A stretch of DNA of 63,937 bases, filler included, from Candidatus Woesearchaeota archaeon (lineage in GTDB: Archaea > Nanobdellota > Nanobdellia > Woesearchaeales > J072): the NCBI GenBank assembly GCA_003695265.1. It is 4 parts of 4 records of this genome, joined end to end, with 100 filler letters (N's around TTAATTAATTAA, not from the genome) between each part and the next. Parts side by side here need not be neighbours in the genome. Positions count along the whole stretch, not along the records: positions 41,113 to 57,470 come from RFII01000010.1; positions 57,571 to 63,937 come from RFII01000080.1; 2 more parts are not named here. The stretch is one strand, 5' to 3'. Shown in pieces: positions 51,497 through 61,452 of this stretch. The notes beneath the pieces are model-generated. The model was not told the DNA's origin and searched no databases. It was given only the letters and a program-made list of their open reading frames with translations. Made by a program: the position numbers and the translations under genes. Each line of letters starts with the position of its first letter. The first letter of the stretch is position 1.

Positions 51497-53188
51497 ATGG
51501 ATTACTCGCAGCTTGTCGAAACATACAAAAAACTCGAATCAACCACTAAAAGGCTTGAGAAAACAACCATTATTTCTAATCTTTTGAGAGAAACAAAAAC
51601 AGAAGACCTCAGAATGATTGTTCTGCTATTACAGGGAAAAATTTTTCCTGCATGGGATGAGCGCGAGATAGGCGTTGCGTCCAGGCTTGTCATAAAGGCG
51701 ATAAGCCTTGCGACCGGCTCAAGCGCCAATGAAATCGAGGACAAATGGAAACAAACAGGAGACCTCGGCCTTGTTTCAGAGCACTTCACAACAGGAAAAA
51801 GGCAGAAGACTCTGTTCTCGCAAAAACTCACAGTTAAGAAAGTGTTTTCCAACCTTCAGAAGCTCGCAACATTAGAGGGAAAAGGCACTGTAACAAAAAA
51901 AATCCAGTTGCTGGCTGAGCTTTTAACAAGCGCGAGCCCTGACGAGGCTAAGTACATTGTTAGGACTGTTCTCTGCGAATTAAGGGTTGGTATTGGCTCT
52001 GGAACTATGAGAGACGCCATTATAGAAGCATTTTTTGACGAGAAAGATAAAGAAACAGTGCAGATAGTCCAGAATGCGTATGACTTAACAAATGATTTTG
52101 GAGAAGTTGCTGAAATAGCAAAGGCAAAAGGAATTAACAGTCTTAAGAACATTCCACTTACTGTTGGAAGGCCTATTAAAGTAATGCTTTACATGAAGGC
52201 AAAAAACATAAGCGACGGCTTTGAAAGGGTCGGGAAGCCCGCTGCCATAGAGTACAAGTACGACGGCTTTCGCATTCAGCTGCACGGCAAAAACGGCAGC
52301 ATTAAACTATTCACTAGGCGGCTTGAGGATGTCACAGCTCAGTTTCCAGACATTGTGAAAATTGTCAAAGGCTTAATAAAAGCGGACGAGTTTATTCTCG
52401 ACGGCGAAGTGATAGGTATTGATGCAAAGACGAAGAAATGGCTTCCTTTCCAAAACATTTCCCAGCGCATAAAGCGAAAGTATGACATTGAAAAAGTTGC
52501 AAAAGAAGTTCCTGTAATGCTCAACCTTTTTGATGCCATGCAGGTTAAAGGAGAGAACATTATCAATAAGCCTTTTAGAGAGAGGCGCACTATGCTCAAA
52601 AAAATAACAGAAGAGCAGCCAAATAAGCTAGAGCTGGCCAGGCAAATAATAACTTCAGACGAGAAAAAGGCTGAGGACTTTTATAAGGAATCCCTTAAAA
52701 AAGGCAATGAGGGGATAATGATGAAGAATCTGGAAGCTGTTTATAAGCCGGGCTCGCGCGTCGGCTACGGCGTTAAGGTAAAGCCCACCATGGAAAACTT
52801 GGATGTTGTCATAACAGGAGCGGAATGGGGTGAAGGAAAAAGGGCGAACTGGCTTACAAGCTTCACAATAGCAATAATCGACGATGACAAAAACCTTCTT
52901 GAGGTCGGGAAAGTTGGCACAGGCATTAAGGAAAAGGAGGCTGGGCTGACATTCGAGAAATTAACAGGCCTGCTTAAGCCGCTGATCATCTCAGAAAAAG
53001 GGCGCGAAGTCAAAGTAAAGCCAGAAATCGTTATTGAAGTGAGCTATGAGGAAATCCAGAAAAGCCCGACTTATTCTTCAGGCTACGCGCTTAGGTTTCC
53101 AAGAGTTATCAGCTTAAGGGAGGACATGTCAGCTGATGACTGCAGCACATTAAACGTTCTAGAAGACCTCTATCAAAATCAGAGATGA
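51497..53188 (+). CDS. lig: ATP-dependent DNA ligase
   Basis: EYKYDGFR, DGEVI, EGIMMK, ALRFPR. Confidence 0.95.
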   Translation: MDYSQLVETYKKLESTTKRLEKTTIISNLLRETKTEDLRMIVLLLQGKIFPAWDEREIGVASRLVIKAISLATGSSANEIEDKWKQTGDLGLVSEHFTTGKRQKTLFSQKLTVKKVFSNLQKLATLEGKGTVTKKIQLLAELLTSASPDEAKYIVRTVLCELRVGIGSGTMRDAIIEAFFDEKDKETVQIVQNAYDLTNDFGEVAEIAKAKGINSLKNIPLTVGRPIKVMLYMKAKNISDGFERVGKPAAIEYKYDGFRIQLHGKNGSIKLFTRRLEDVTAQFPDIVKIVKGLIKADEFILDGEVIGIDAKTKKWLPFQNISQRIKRKYDIEKVAKEVPVMLNLFDAMQVKGENIINKPFRERRTMLKKITEEQPNKLELARQIITSDEKKAEDFYKESLKKGNEGIMMKNLEAVYKPGSRVGYGVKVKPTMENLDVVITGAEWGEGKRANWLTSFTIAIIDDDKNLLEVGKVGTGIKEKEAGLTFEKLTGLLKPLIISEKGREVKVKPEIVIEVSYEEIQKSPTYSSGYALRFPRVISLREDMSADDCSTLNVLEDLYQNQR

Positions 53189-53209
53189 AAACATTTTTTA
53201 TCCACCAGT

Positions 53210-53245
53210 TGTTTCATTTTTGAAACAATATTTCAAAAATGGAAA
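53210..53245. promoter_or_regulatory. Tandem palindromic operator-like sites upstream of wHTH gene
   Basis: TGTTTCA-TTTT-TGAAACA followed by TTTCA-AAAA-TGGAAA, adjacent to TTTATATA. Confidence 0.5.
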
Positions 53246-53278
53246 TATTTATATATTTGCTCTGCTTTCCACACAAAA

Positions 53279-53818
53279 ATGAAAAACATCGAGCTTCTCA
53301 GCAATTTGTTTGACCGCAAAAAGCTCAGCATACTCAAAGTCTTTTTTGACGAGCCAGAGCACCAATTCTATTTGAGGGAAGTTGCAAAGAAATCAGGCAT
53401 TCCAGTAGCAACGACTTACAGGTTTGTCAAGCAATTACTGCAGGCTGGCATAATAAAGCAGATAATGGTTAACAAGTTTAAGCTTTACCAGCTTGCCTCA
53501 AATGACAAAAGCAAATTCCTAGAGCAATTCATAAAAGAAGACAAAAAGGCATTAGACGTATTCACAGAAAAAATAGCAGTTATAGAAGGCGTCGAGTCAA
53601 TCATAATGCAGGGCAAGCCAACAAAAAACAAGGCAAATATCCTTATAATAGGAAAAAACATAGACTCGAACAAGGTGAAGGAAGCAGAGGTTGAGGTAAG
53701 GGAAGAGTACGGATTTAACATTTACTCTCTTTCCCTAGAAAGGGTGCAGTTCGAGCAGATGCTGCAAATGGGGCTTTACGCAGGAGAAAAAAAGGTTCTC
53801 TGGAGCAAGCCGGAATAA
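53279..53818 (+). CDS. wHTH protein with degenerate minimal nucleotidyltransferase-like domain
   Basis: FYLREVAKKSGIPVATTYR HTH; ESIIMQG...ANILIIG lacks GS/DxD. Confidence 0.6.
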   Translation: MKNIELLSNLFDRKKLSILKVFFDEPEHQFYLREVAKKSGIPVATTYRFVKQLLQAGIIKQIMVNKFKLYQLASNDKSKFLEQFIKEDKKALDVFTEKIAVIEGVESIIMQGKPTKNKANILIIGKNIDSNKVKEAEVEVREEYGFNIYSLSLERVQFEQMLQMGLYAGEKKVLWSKPE

Positions 53819-53853
53819 TTTTGCCCTGAAACAAACAAGGTTTTAATAAGAAG

Positions 53854-55737
53854 ATGAAAAAAAGCAAGAAGATGCTTGACAAAAAGCGGCTTGAGGAAAT
53901 CAACTTTCCCTATGAAGAAGTAAGAGAAGTGCAGGACGACCTTATACTCAGCGTGCAAAATGCTCTGGAAAAGGGCAAAAACCTGATAGTGCACGCGCCA
54001 ACAGGCCTTGGAAAGACCGCTGCAACTCTGGCTCCTGCGGTTTCTTATGCTGTAAAGAATAAAAAGACTGTTTTCTTCTTGACATCAAGGCACACGCAGC
54101 ATTTCATAGCTGTGGACACTATAAAAGAGATGAAAAAAAAGTTCGGATTAAAGGTTCTAGGAACTGATATTATAGGCAAGAAGTGGATGTGCGTGCAGCC
54201 TGGCTCAAGATTGCTCAGGACAGGCGAATTCGCTGATTACTGCAGGGCAGTCCGCGAGGAGGGAAAATGCGAGTTTTACACTAATGTAAGAGACAACTCA
54301 AAGGTTTCTGTGAGAGCAAAGGCTGCTATTGATGAATTAGAACCTTTTAATCCCATGCACACAGAAGACATAATAAATCATTGCAAAAACAAAAAGCTCT
54401 GTCCGTACGAGGTAAGCATGCTCATAGCAAAAAAATCATCTGTCATCATAACAGACTATTATTACCTGTTCCATCCTCAAATAATGCAGAGCTTCCTGGC
54501 AAAGCTTGACAAGGAGATCGAGGATTCTATAATAATAATAGATGAGGGCCACAACCTTCACTCAAGAATAAGGGACCTTGCGACTGAGAAAATCTCAACC
54601 AACACATTATTAGGGGCTGTCAGAGAGGCGAAAAAGTACGGCTATGACGAGGCTCTTGAATGGCTTGTTGCTATACAAGACGTGCTGAATGAAATGTCAA
54701 AAAGCATGAAGCACAACGAAGAAAAGCTTGTTGACAAAAAAAAGCTCGTCGACAAAATCAATAAAATACGCGATTATGACAGTTTAACAGCTGAGCTCAG
54801 TTTTATTGCAGACGAGGTAAGGTCTATGAAGAAAAGAAGCTACATAGGCTCTGTTGCAAGGTTTCTAGAAGCGTGGAAAGGACCAGACCACGCCTTTACA
54901 AGGATAATAACAATGAGGGACAACGTCACAACAATTTCTTACAGGTGCCTTGACGCATCAATACTGGCAGGAGACATTATCAACAGCGCCCACTCAACAA
55001 TTATTATGAGCGGAACCTTAACGCCGATCTCAATGTTTCGCGACCTGCTTGGAATAGAGAATGCTGTTGAGAAAAAGTATGAGAGCCCTTTTCCCTCCCA
55101 AAACAGGCTTAACCTCATAGTACCTTTAACAACAACGAAGTATGCTGCGAGGAGCAATGCTCAGTACAAGGAGATCGCAAAGGTTCTCGGCAGAATTCTT
55201 GACGCCATTCCAGGCAATGCGCTTGTCTTTTTCCCAAGTTATTTCTTGAGAGATTCTGTAAATTCTTTCCTGGAGTGCAGGAAAACAATAATGATTGAGG
55301 AAAACAGGATGACTAAAGAGGACAAAAAGGAATTGTTGGACAAGTTCAAGGAGTACAAGGATGTCGGAGCTGCTTTGCTCGGAGTTGTTTCCGGAAGCTT
55401 CGGAGAGGGAATTGACCTTCCAGGCGACTTGCTTAAGGGGGTTGTTATAGTGGGACTGCCTTTGCAGGTGCCTGACATGGAAACAAAACAACTCATTAAT
55501 TATTATGACAAGAAGTTCGGTCGCGGCTGGGATTACGGTTACGTTTTTCCTGCCTTTAACAAGATCCTGCAAAACGCGGGCAGGTGCATAAGAAGCTCTA
55601 AAGACAAGGGCGTTGTTGTTTTTCTTGATGAAAGGTACGTTTGGCCCCAATACACGAGATGCTTTCCAGAAGACTCTGACTTAGAAGCAAGCAAAAAACC
55701 AGAAGAAAGAATAAAAGAATTCTTTAACTCTATTTAA
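53854..55737 (+). CDS. xpd: XPD/Rad3 FeS DNA helicase
   Basis: APTGLGKT, four FeS Cys (incl. CPYE), DEGHNL, MSGTL, QNAGRCIRS. Confidence 0.92.
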   Translation: MKKSKKMLDKKRLEEINFPYEEVREVQDDLILSVQNALEKGKNLIVHAPTGLGKTAATLAPAVSYAVKNKKTVFFLTSRHTQHFIAVDTIKEMKKKFGLKVLGTDIIGKKWMCVQPGSRLLRTGEFADYCRAVREEGKCEFYTNVRDNSKVSVRAKAAIDELEPFNPMHTEDIINHCKNKKLCPYEVSMLIAKKSSVIITDYYYLFHPQIMQSFLAKLDKEIEDSIIIIDEGHNLHSRIRDLATEKISTNTLLGAVREAKKYGYDEALEWLVAIQDVLNEMSKSMKHNEEKLVDKKKLVDKINKIRDYDSLTAELSFIADEVRSMKKRSYIGSVARFLEAWKGPDHAFTRIITMRDNVTTISYRCLDASILAGDIINSAHSTIIMSGTLTPISMFRDLLGIENAVEKKYESPFPSQNRLNLIVPLTTTKYAARSNAQYKEIAKVLGRILDAIPGNALVFFPSYFLRDSVNSFLECRKTIMIEENRMTKEDKKELLDKFKEYKDVGAALLGVVSGSFGEGIDLPGDLLKGVVIVGLPLQVPDMETKQLINYYDKKFGRGWDYGYVFPAFNKILQNAGRCIRSSKDKGVVVFLDERYVWPQYTRCFPEDSDLEASKKPEERIKEFFNSI

Positions 55738-57376
55738 TCAGAACCATTTTCTTCGTGATTGGCCTTCCATCAAATTCAACCCTGTAAAAGTAAATGCCGC
55801 TTGCCACGTCTCTGCCTTCCTTGTCTTTGCCATCCCATTCTATAATGTGCTGCCCAGCCTTCATAATGCCATCCACAAGAGTGTCAATCCTCCTGCCTGC
55901 CACGTCAAAAACGTCAATCCTTACTCTGCCTTCCCTCTGTAAAGTGTAATTAATACTCGTTGTAGGATTAAAAGGATTGGGATAATTCTGCCCAACACTA
56001 AACAAGGGTATTGGCGTTATGTCAGGAACACCTGTTGTTGGGTTTGGAAGCCAGTTTCTGTAATCAACAAAGCCATAAGCTGGGTTGTCTAAAGAATCAA
56101 TTATTGTTGAAATGTTGCACGGGAATTGCGGGCAAGCTTCCATCTCAGCAGTTGCTTGCGGCCCCCAGTAATTGTACTGGGCATCAACATTATTAGGAAG
56201 CTCATTCCTGAACGTTGAGTCAGGGCTCACAAACTCATTATTGCGTAAAATACCTGATGATGTTTGTGCAGCTGATGCTCTTTGTCCACTCTTGAGGATA
56301 GGTTGTCCTGGTGGAATAAAGAAATATATGTCAGCATTATTGTCATGAAAATTATTACCCTGTATTAAATAAGGAGCTCCCTGTACGTATATGCTCACTC
56401 CAATATTTGAGTTTGCAATTTCACTATTTGAGATGGACAAAGTATCCTGAAATATTTGTTGTTGGGCAAGCATTTGCGCTGCAGAACCTGAGCTTATGTC
56501 AATATCAATGCAGGACTCAAAGTCAAAAGCATCGGAAATTATATTAGAGAAGTGGCAGCTGTCAATAACTGCTATGGCATTCATCATGTGAACCCCCCAT
56601 CCTCCACCAATATATGTTGGATCTCCCTGAAAGTCACTGATTGTTGTCCCTCTTATGGTTGGGAAAGCAAAGCCGCTTCCTCCGCCAGTCACATCTATTC
56701 CTACTGAGAAAAAGTTTGTTATTGTGACATCCTTTATTAAAGGAGTCAAAGAAGGCGGAGAATAAGAGTCATTAATGCTTATCGCTGTTTCTAGGCTGTC
56801 AAAAACGCAGTTCCTTATTATAGGACCGTTGTTTGTTGTTGTTCCTTGGCGTGACACTTGAATACCCTGGATGTGGTGCCCTGAAGTTGGAGACCACGTT
56901 GGATATGGCTTAAAAGTAAACCCTTTAATTACTGATGAGGTATCCCCTGGAACAAGACTCCAGCTAGTATAATCCGCATTAATCATTACATTAGTGTAGG
57001 TGCTGTCATCCATAACGGGCCTTAAGACTGTGTTTGCCGGGTTGGGGTCTGTTGCAATTAGTGATACCTTGTCCGGCAAGACAATATTATAAATATAACC
57101 CCTATGAGTGTAAAGATTATATTCTCCTGGCTCAAACATGAAGCTGTCTCCTGGTGAAGCATAGAATACTTCATAAATAAAACTTGAGTCCATATCTGCT
57201 GGCGTTACTGGTATCTGCCTTGCCTCCGCATTATTGACAATATCAGCCAACTCAACTTTTGGCTTTTCAGAATTAAGGAATGATCTGAACGGCCTTGCAA
57301 CGTCAAGCTTTAAAGGAGCTAATGACAAAAGCGCGCTTAATGCTGCAATTGTTAATCCTCTCCTCATATAAATCAC
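55730..57376 (-). CDS. Secreted right-handed beta-helix protein with C-terminal T9SS type-A sorting/FlgD-Ig-like domain
   Basis: Signal peptide, PbH1-like repeats, DAQYNYWG, QNYPNPFNPTTSINY...WDGKD..SGIYFY...KKMVLIK. Confidence 0.8.
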   Translation of the reverse strand: MIYMRRGLTIAALSALLSLAPLKLDVARPFRSFLNSEKPKVELADIVNNAEARQIPVTPADMDSSFIYEVFYASPGDSFMFEPGEYNLYTHRGYIYNIVLPDKVSLIATDPNPANTVLRPVMDDSTYTNVMINADYTSWSLVPGDTSSVIKGFTFKPYPTWSPTSGHHIQGIQVSRQGTTTNNGPIIRNCVFDSLETAISINDSYSPPSLTPLIKDVTITNFFSVGIDVTGGGSGFAFPTIRGTTISDFQGDPTYIGGGWGVHMMNAIAVIDSCHFSNIISDAFDFESCIDIDISSGSAAQMLAQQQIFQDTLSISNSEIANSNIGVSIYVQGAPYLIQGNNFHDNNADIYFFIPPGQPILKSGQRASAAQTSSGILRNNEFVSPDSTFRNELPNNVDAQYNYWGPQATAEMEACPQFPCNISTIIDSLDNPAYGFVDYRNWLPNPTTGVPDITPIPLFSVGQNYPNPFNPTTSINYTLQREGRVRIDVFDVAGRRIDTLVDGIMKAGQHIIEWDGKDKEGRDVASGIYFYRVEFDGRPITKKMVLIK

Positions 57377-57470
57377 CCTAACAGTTTTTTTCTCTTTACC
57401 TTTCTTTTATTACTTAATTATTTCTTAAATTATAATTAGTTTTCTCTTCTCAAAAACAATTTTTTTAGAA

Positions 57471-57570
57471 NNNNNNNNNNNNNNNNNNNNNNNNNNNNNN
57501 NNNNNNNNNNNNNNTTAATTAATTAANNNNNNNNNNNNNNNNNNNNNNNNNNNNNNNNNNNNNNNNNNNN
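57471..57570. other. Assembly gap/contig join with artificial linker
   Basis: N runs flanking TTAATTAATTAA. Confidence 0.95.
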
Positions 57571-58222
57571 CATACTTGAACTCATGGCTTTTTCCTGTTC
57601 TTTCATCTAGGATAGAAATATGAACTTTCTTGTTCAGAAATGCTAGCTCTCTAAGCCTGCTGGACAGTGTGTCAAAGCTGAATTCAATGCTTTCAAAAAT
57701 CTCTTTGTCAGGGATGAAATTAATCACAGTGCCCGTGTCATTGCAATCCCCAATTACTTTAAGCTGCGTTACTGGCTTTCCCCTCTCATAACGCTGGCTG
57801 TAAATCTTTCCGTTCCTTTTTATAAAAACCTTAAGCTCTTTAGAGAGGGCGTTGACAACAGAGACTCCGACGCCGTGTAATCCTCCGCTCACCTTGTATG
57901 TTTTTTTGTCAAATTTTCCTCCAGCATGAAGCTTTGTCAAAACAACCTCAACAGCAGGAACCTTGAATTTTGGATGAGGATCTATTGGAATTCCACGGCC
58001 GTTGTCCTCAACAGTAACAGAATTATTCTTATGAATAGTAACTTTTATTTCTGTGCAAAAGCCGGCCAGAGCTTCGTCTATGCTGTTATCAACAACCTCA
58101 TAGACAAGGTGATGCAGTCCAAGCGGGCCTGTTGAGCCAATGTACATGCTCGGCCTTTTCCTCACAGCCTCTAGGCCTGCAAGGACTTGTATGTTTTCTG
58201 CCTTGTATGAATCGACGCTCAT
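57571..58222 (-). CDS. gyrB: DNA gyrase subunit B, N-terminal ATPase part (truncated by gap)
   Basis: [53 protein letters not shown]. Confidence 0.93.
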
Positions 58223-58457
58223 TTTCGGTTTGTTAGCTATTTCCCAGCTGTTCTTCTTTATTTTTAGCAAAATTGTTTAACCCTAAATTAACCTTAGATA
58301 TAGGTTGTTTTCCTCTGTAAAAATTAGTTGGGGAGTCTATATAAACCTTTCGGTTCTAAACAGGCTTTACAGACCCTGAAACGTCATAATTCATAGGTTT
58401 CAGCAATTCTGAGGATTTCCATACTAAACTTTAAATCCCAAATTTTAAATAAATATT

Positions 58458-58718
58458 TTGGTTAGCCTAATATTCATGAGGATAATATACTTTTATGGGT
58501 GGAAAGCGCTTGCTTTTTTGATTGCATTTATTCTTTTAGCTTTCTTTATCCTACTCGTTGTTTTCAAGCTGCTAATCTTCCTGCTGCCTTTTATCATGGT
58601 AATTTCTATTTTCCTTTTTGTTGCCTGGCTTTTCAGGTCACAGTTACTAAACAGGATTTACAGGAAGAAAAAGCCAAAAAGTAAAATAATAGACGCAAAG
58701 TTCAGAGTGAAGAACTAA
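58458..58718 (+). CDS. Small two-TM membrane protein
   Basis: Hydrophobic N-terminus, basic tail ending IIDAKFRVK. Confidence 0.5.
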   Translation: MVSLIFMRIIYFYGWKALAFLIAFILLAFFILLVVFKLLIFLLPFIMVISIFLFVAWLFRSQLLNRIYRKKKPKSKIIDAKFRVKN

Positions 58719-58737
58719 TCATAAGAATTAATTAACA

Positions 58738-59829
58738 TCAAACTTCTTTAACGTCAAACTTCTTGATTTTGAGAAATCCCTTTTTTGCACTTATCTCAAC
58801 CTGGTCATCATCTTTCAGACCAGTCATCTTCGTCACTAACTCAGGAAGCAGTATTCTGTCTCCCCTAAAATCAAGTCCTGTTATTATCTGCTGCTCTTTG
58901 TCAGAATTAAATATTCCAGCATCCGGCAGGATGCGGTCACCGTTCATTTTCTGCTCTTTTTCCACAAATTCCTTTGTTTTTTGGTATAAGTAGTGGGCAA
59001 TTCTGTCTGCAACGTCGATTCCTGTAGCCTCTGTTATTCCCTGAAGGCCGGGGCTCAGGTTTGCCTCTATAACAACAGGTCCTTTTGCGCTTCTTAACAA
59101 GTCAACTCCGCATATTTCTGCGCCGACCGCAGCAGCTGTTTTAATCGCAATTTTTCTTGATTTCACATCAAGGTTTATTGCTTTGCCTTTGCCACCCATG
59201 TGGATGTTTGCTCTTTTTTCTCCCTTCACAGCTTTTCTTTCCATTGCAGCTACTACTCTGTCACCAACAACAAGGGCGCGAATATCTCTTTCTCCGCTTT
59301 CAATATACTCCTGTATCAAAACAGGCTGCTTTAAAGTCTCAAGAGCATCCAATAATGAAGAGGCAGAAGGGTAGCTCTCAGCATACATCACCCCTTTTCC
59401 CTGAGTTCCCTGAGGAAACTTCATTATCACTGGAAAATTTATTTTTTTAAGAATCTCTTTTGCAGCGTCTATTCCTGAGGACAAATATGTTTTCGGCATA
59501 GGAATGCCGTGGCGCTGCAGTTCTTGATGAGTAACAATCTTGTCATGCACGGTTAAAAAAGCGTTATCCTTTATTGGCATGTAAGCCTTGTCTGAGAAAA
59601 AGCTTGTTATTGCGCGAAGCAGCATCGCATATTTGAATGATCCTTTTGCATAAACGCAATCAAACTTCTCTAATGGCTCGCCTTTGTACAATATAGGGTC
59701 TTGGCCGCTTCCTAAGTTCACTTCAATATGTTTTAAGTTAAGATTCTTGACACTGTCAAAATATTTTTTCATAGCATCTCTAGTCCACTTTGAGCTTACA
59801 CTTCCCAAACTTATTATTGCGGCTTTCAT
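58738..59829 (-). CDS. RimK-family ATP-grasp ligase with C-terminal AbrB-like domain
   Basis: IPMPKT, GTQGKGV, IQEYIE, DIRALVVG, RANIHMGG, GVDLL, IEANLSPG; tail LDFRGDRILLPELVTKMTGLKDDDQVEI. Confidence 0.85.
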   Translation of the reverse strand: MKAAIISLGSVSSKWTRDAMKKYFDSVKNLNLKHIEVNLGSGQDPILYKGEPLEKFDCVYAKGSFKYAMLLRAITSFFSDKAYMPIKDNAFLTVHDKIVTHQELQRHGIPMPKTYLSSGIDAAKEILKKINFPVIMKFPQGTQGKGVMYAESYPSASSLLDALETLKQPVLIQEYIESGERDIRALVVGDRVVAAMERKAVKGEKRANIHMGGKGKAINLDVKSRKIAIKTAAAVGAEICGVDLLRSAKGPVVIEANLSPGLQGITEATGIDVADRIAHYLYQKTKEFVEKEQKMNGDRILPDAGIFNSDKEQQIITGLDFRGDRILLPELVTKMTGLKDDDQVEISAKKGFLKIKKFDVKEV

Positions 59830-60188
59830 TTTTTAAGCGGATCTATCAAAAAACCACCTTTCTTCAGCACGTTAAGACCTATTAACACTTTATACTTTAA
59901 ATGTCTTCTGTCTGCGAGCGTGAACTCAGTCTTCATCGTCTCACCGTTGATCGTCAGCTTAACCCTTGCTGTTGGCCTTAGTGTGTTCCCATGGGCCTGT
60001 TTTACAAGTTTTGTCTTGTTTCCTAAAGAAAGACCTACTTCAGAGGCAAGCTTCATATCAATTGAGCTGAGCGAAGCTCCTGTGTCTATTTTTGCCTTTA
60101 CCTTTTTTGACTCTTTCAAGCCGTGAATAGTCACCGGCATTTCAATGCCAATAACATCTCTTTTTTTTACATTTAGTTTTGATGGCAT
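59826..60188 (-). CDS. RimK-associated retropepsin-like aspartic protease
   Basis: AKIDTGASLSSID, EFTLADR, VLIG; ATGA-coupled to the RimK gene. Confidence 0.8.
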   Translation of the reverse strand: MPSKLNVKKRDVIGIEMPVTIHGLKESKKVKAKIDTGASLSSIDMKLASEVGLSLGNKTKLVKQAHGNTLRPTARVKLTINGETMKTEFTLADRRHLKYKVLIGLNVLKKGGFLIDPLKK

Positions 60189-60332
60189 GTTACCAGATTT
60201 TACACAGGAAGTATATAAACTTTGAGGTTTAACAGTTTATTAATTTTGCCTTAAATCTTCGAAAAAAACCGGAAAAGTATCGGTCAACCTTAAAAAATCT
60301 TTATAAAATCTGAAATTATATAATATCAAGTC

Positions 60333-60779
60333 ATGCTTTCAAAAAAAGACTCTTTGATAATATCAATCCTTCGCAGCAACGCCCGCGAAAAACTTACTGA
60401 GATTAGCAAAAAAATCAACATTCCTGTATCAACGATTTATGACAGGATAAAACTACACGAAGGCTCCATAATAAAAAAACACACGACACTCTTAGATTTC
60501 TCCAAGATAGGCTACGCAATCAGAGCAAACATAATGCTTAAAGTCGGCAAGCAGCACAGGGAAACCCTAAAGGAATACTTAAAGAATAATGTGGTCGTAA
60601 ACTCTTTATTTAAAATAAACAATGGCTTTGACTTCCTTATAGAAGTTGTTCTGAGAGACATGAAGGACTTAAGCGACTTCATAGACTCGCTTGAGCAAAG
60701 ATTCTCTATTGATAAGATGGAGGAATACCTAATAATTGAGGAAATCAAACATGAGAGTTTTATGAGTAATGCTAAATAA
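60333..60779 (+). CDS. Lrp/AsnC family transcriptional regulator
   Basis: LRSNAREKLTEISKKINIPVSTIYDRI...LDFSKIGY. Confidence 0.9.
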   Translation: MLSKKDSLIISILRSNAREKLTEISKKINIPVSTIYDRIKLHEGSIIKKHTTLLDFSKIGYAIRANIMLKVGKQHRETLKEYLKNNVVVNSLFKINNGFDFLIEVVLRDMKDLSDFIDSLEQRFSIDKMEEYLIIEEIKHESFMSNAK

Positions 60780-60786
60780 TAAATGC

Positions 60787-61452
60787 TTAATCAGATTTTA
60801 ACACTTCCTGTATGCTCTCAACCTGGTCGTCAAAAATGTGCGCGCTTGCTGAGAATACAGTCAGGCTTCCGATAGGTACATTAAGCTGGTCTGCAACGTA
60901 CTTTTGGATTATGAAAAGCTGGTAAACGTTTGCAGGAAACCCAAAGAAAATGTCATTGCTCCTTATGTAATAAGTTGTGTTCAGTTTTCCATCTCTTATT
61001 AAGAAGTCAACGCTTATTAAGCTAGGGACGTCCTTCTTGTAAGTAATTGAGTCAGAGTGAGGGTCCCAAAGGCTTACAACACCCCTCCTTGAATAAGAAT
61101 TATTTTTGAGTAGTGGAATTATATAATCATTTATTTGGTCAATCTTGCCTTGAAAATTAAATATTCTGGTTCCATAACTGTAAGAATATGCTGGATTAGA
61201 ATTCTTTTCCAGTGCAATCTCTCTTATTTCCTCAATCGGCGGATAAACCCATTTCTTGAATTTTCTGAGCTCCTCTATGGGCTCTTTTATTCCTTTTGAC
61301 GGGTTGAGGATGCAAATGCTCAGGTTAGGAACCTCTTTACATATGCGACCATCATCATTAAATTCTTCCCCATTAATTAAAACAAAAGAAAGGGCTTTTT
61401 TCCACGCTTCAAACGCAGTTTTTGAGGTTATTTCCATTTTACACTCACTCAT
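60787..61452 (-). CDS. Thymidylate synthase (archaeal ThyA-like) homolog with Cys-to-Ser at the catalytic position
   Basis: YSYGTRI, SRRGVVSLWDP, DVPSL (for PC), IRSND, FPANV, SAHIF. Confidence 0.8.
   Translation of the reverse strand: MSECKMEITSKTAFEAWKKALSFVLINGEEFNDDGRICKEVPNLSICILNPSKGIKEPIEELRKFKKWVYPPIEEIREIALEKNSNPAYSYSYGTRIFNFQGKIDQINDYIIPLLKNNSYSRRGVVSLWDPHSDSITYKKDVPSLISVDFLIRDGKLNTTYYIRSNDIFFGFPANVYQLFIIQKYVADQLNVPIGSLTVFSASAHIFDDQVESIQEVLKSD

Noticed and set aside
55730..58222. Apparent bacterial island of the T9SS-domain gene next to gyrB
   Set aside because: Separated by an artificial contig join; adjacency is unsupported
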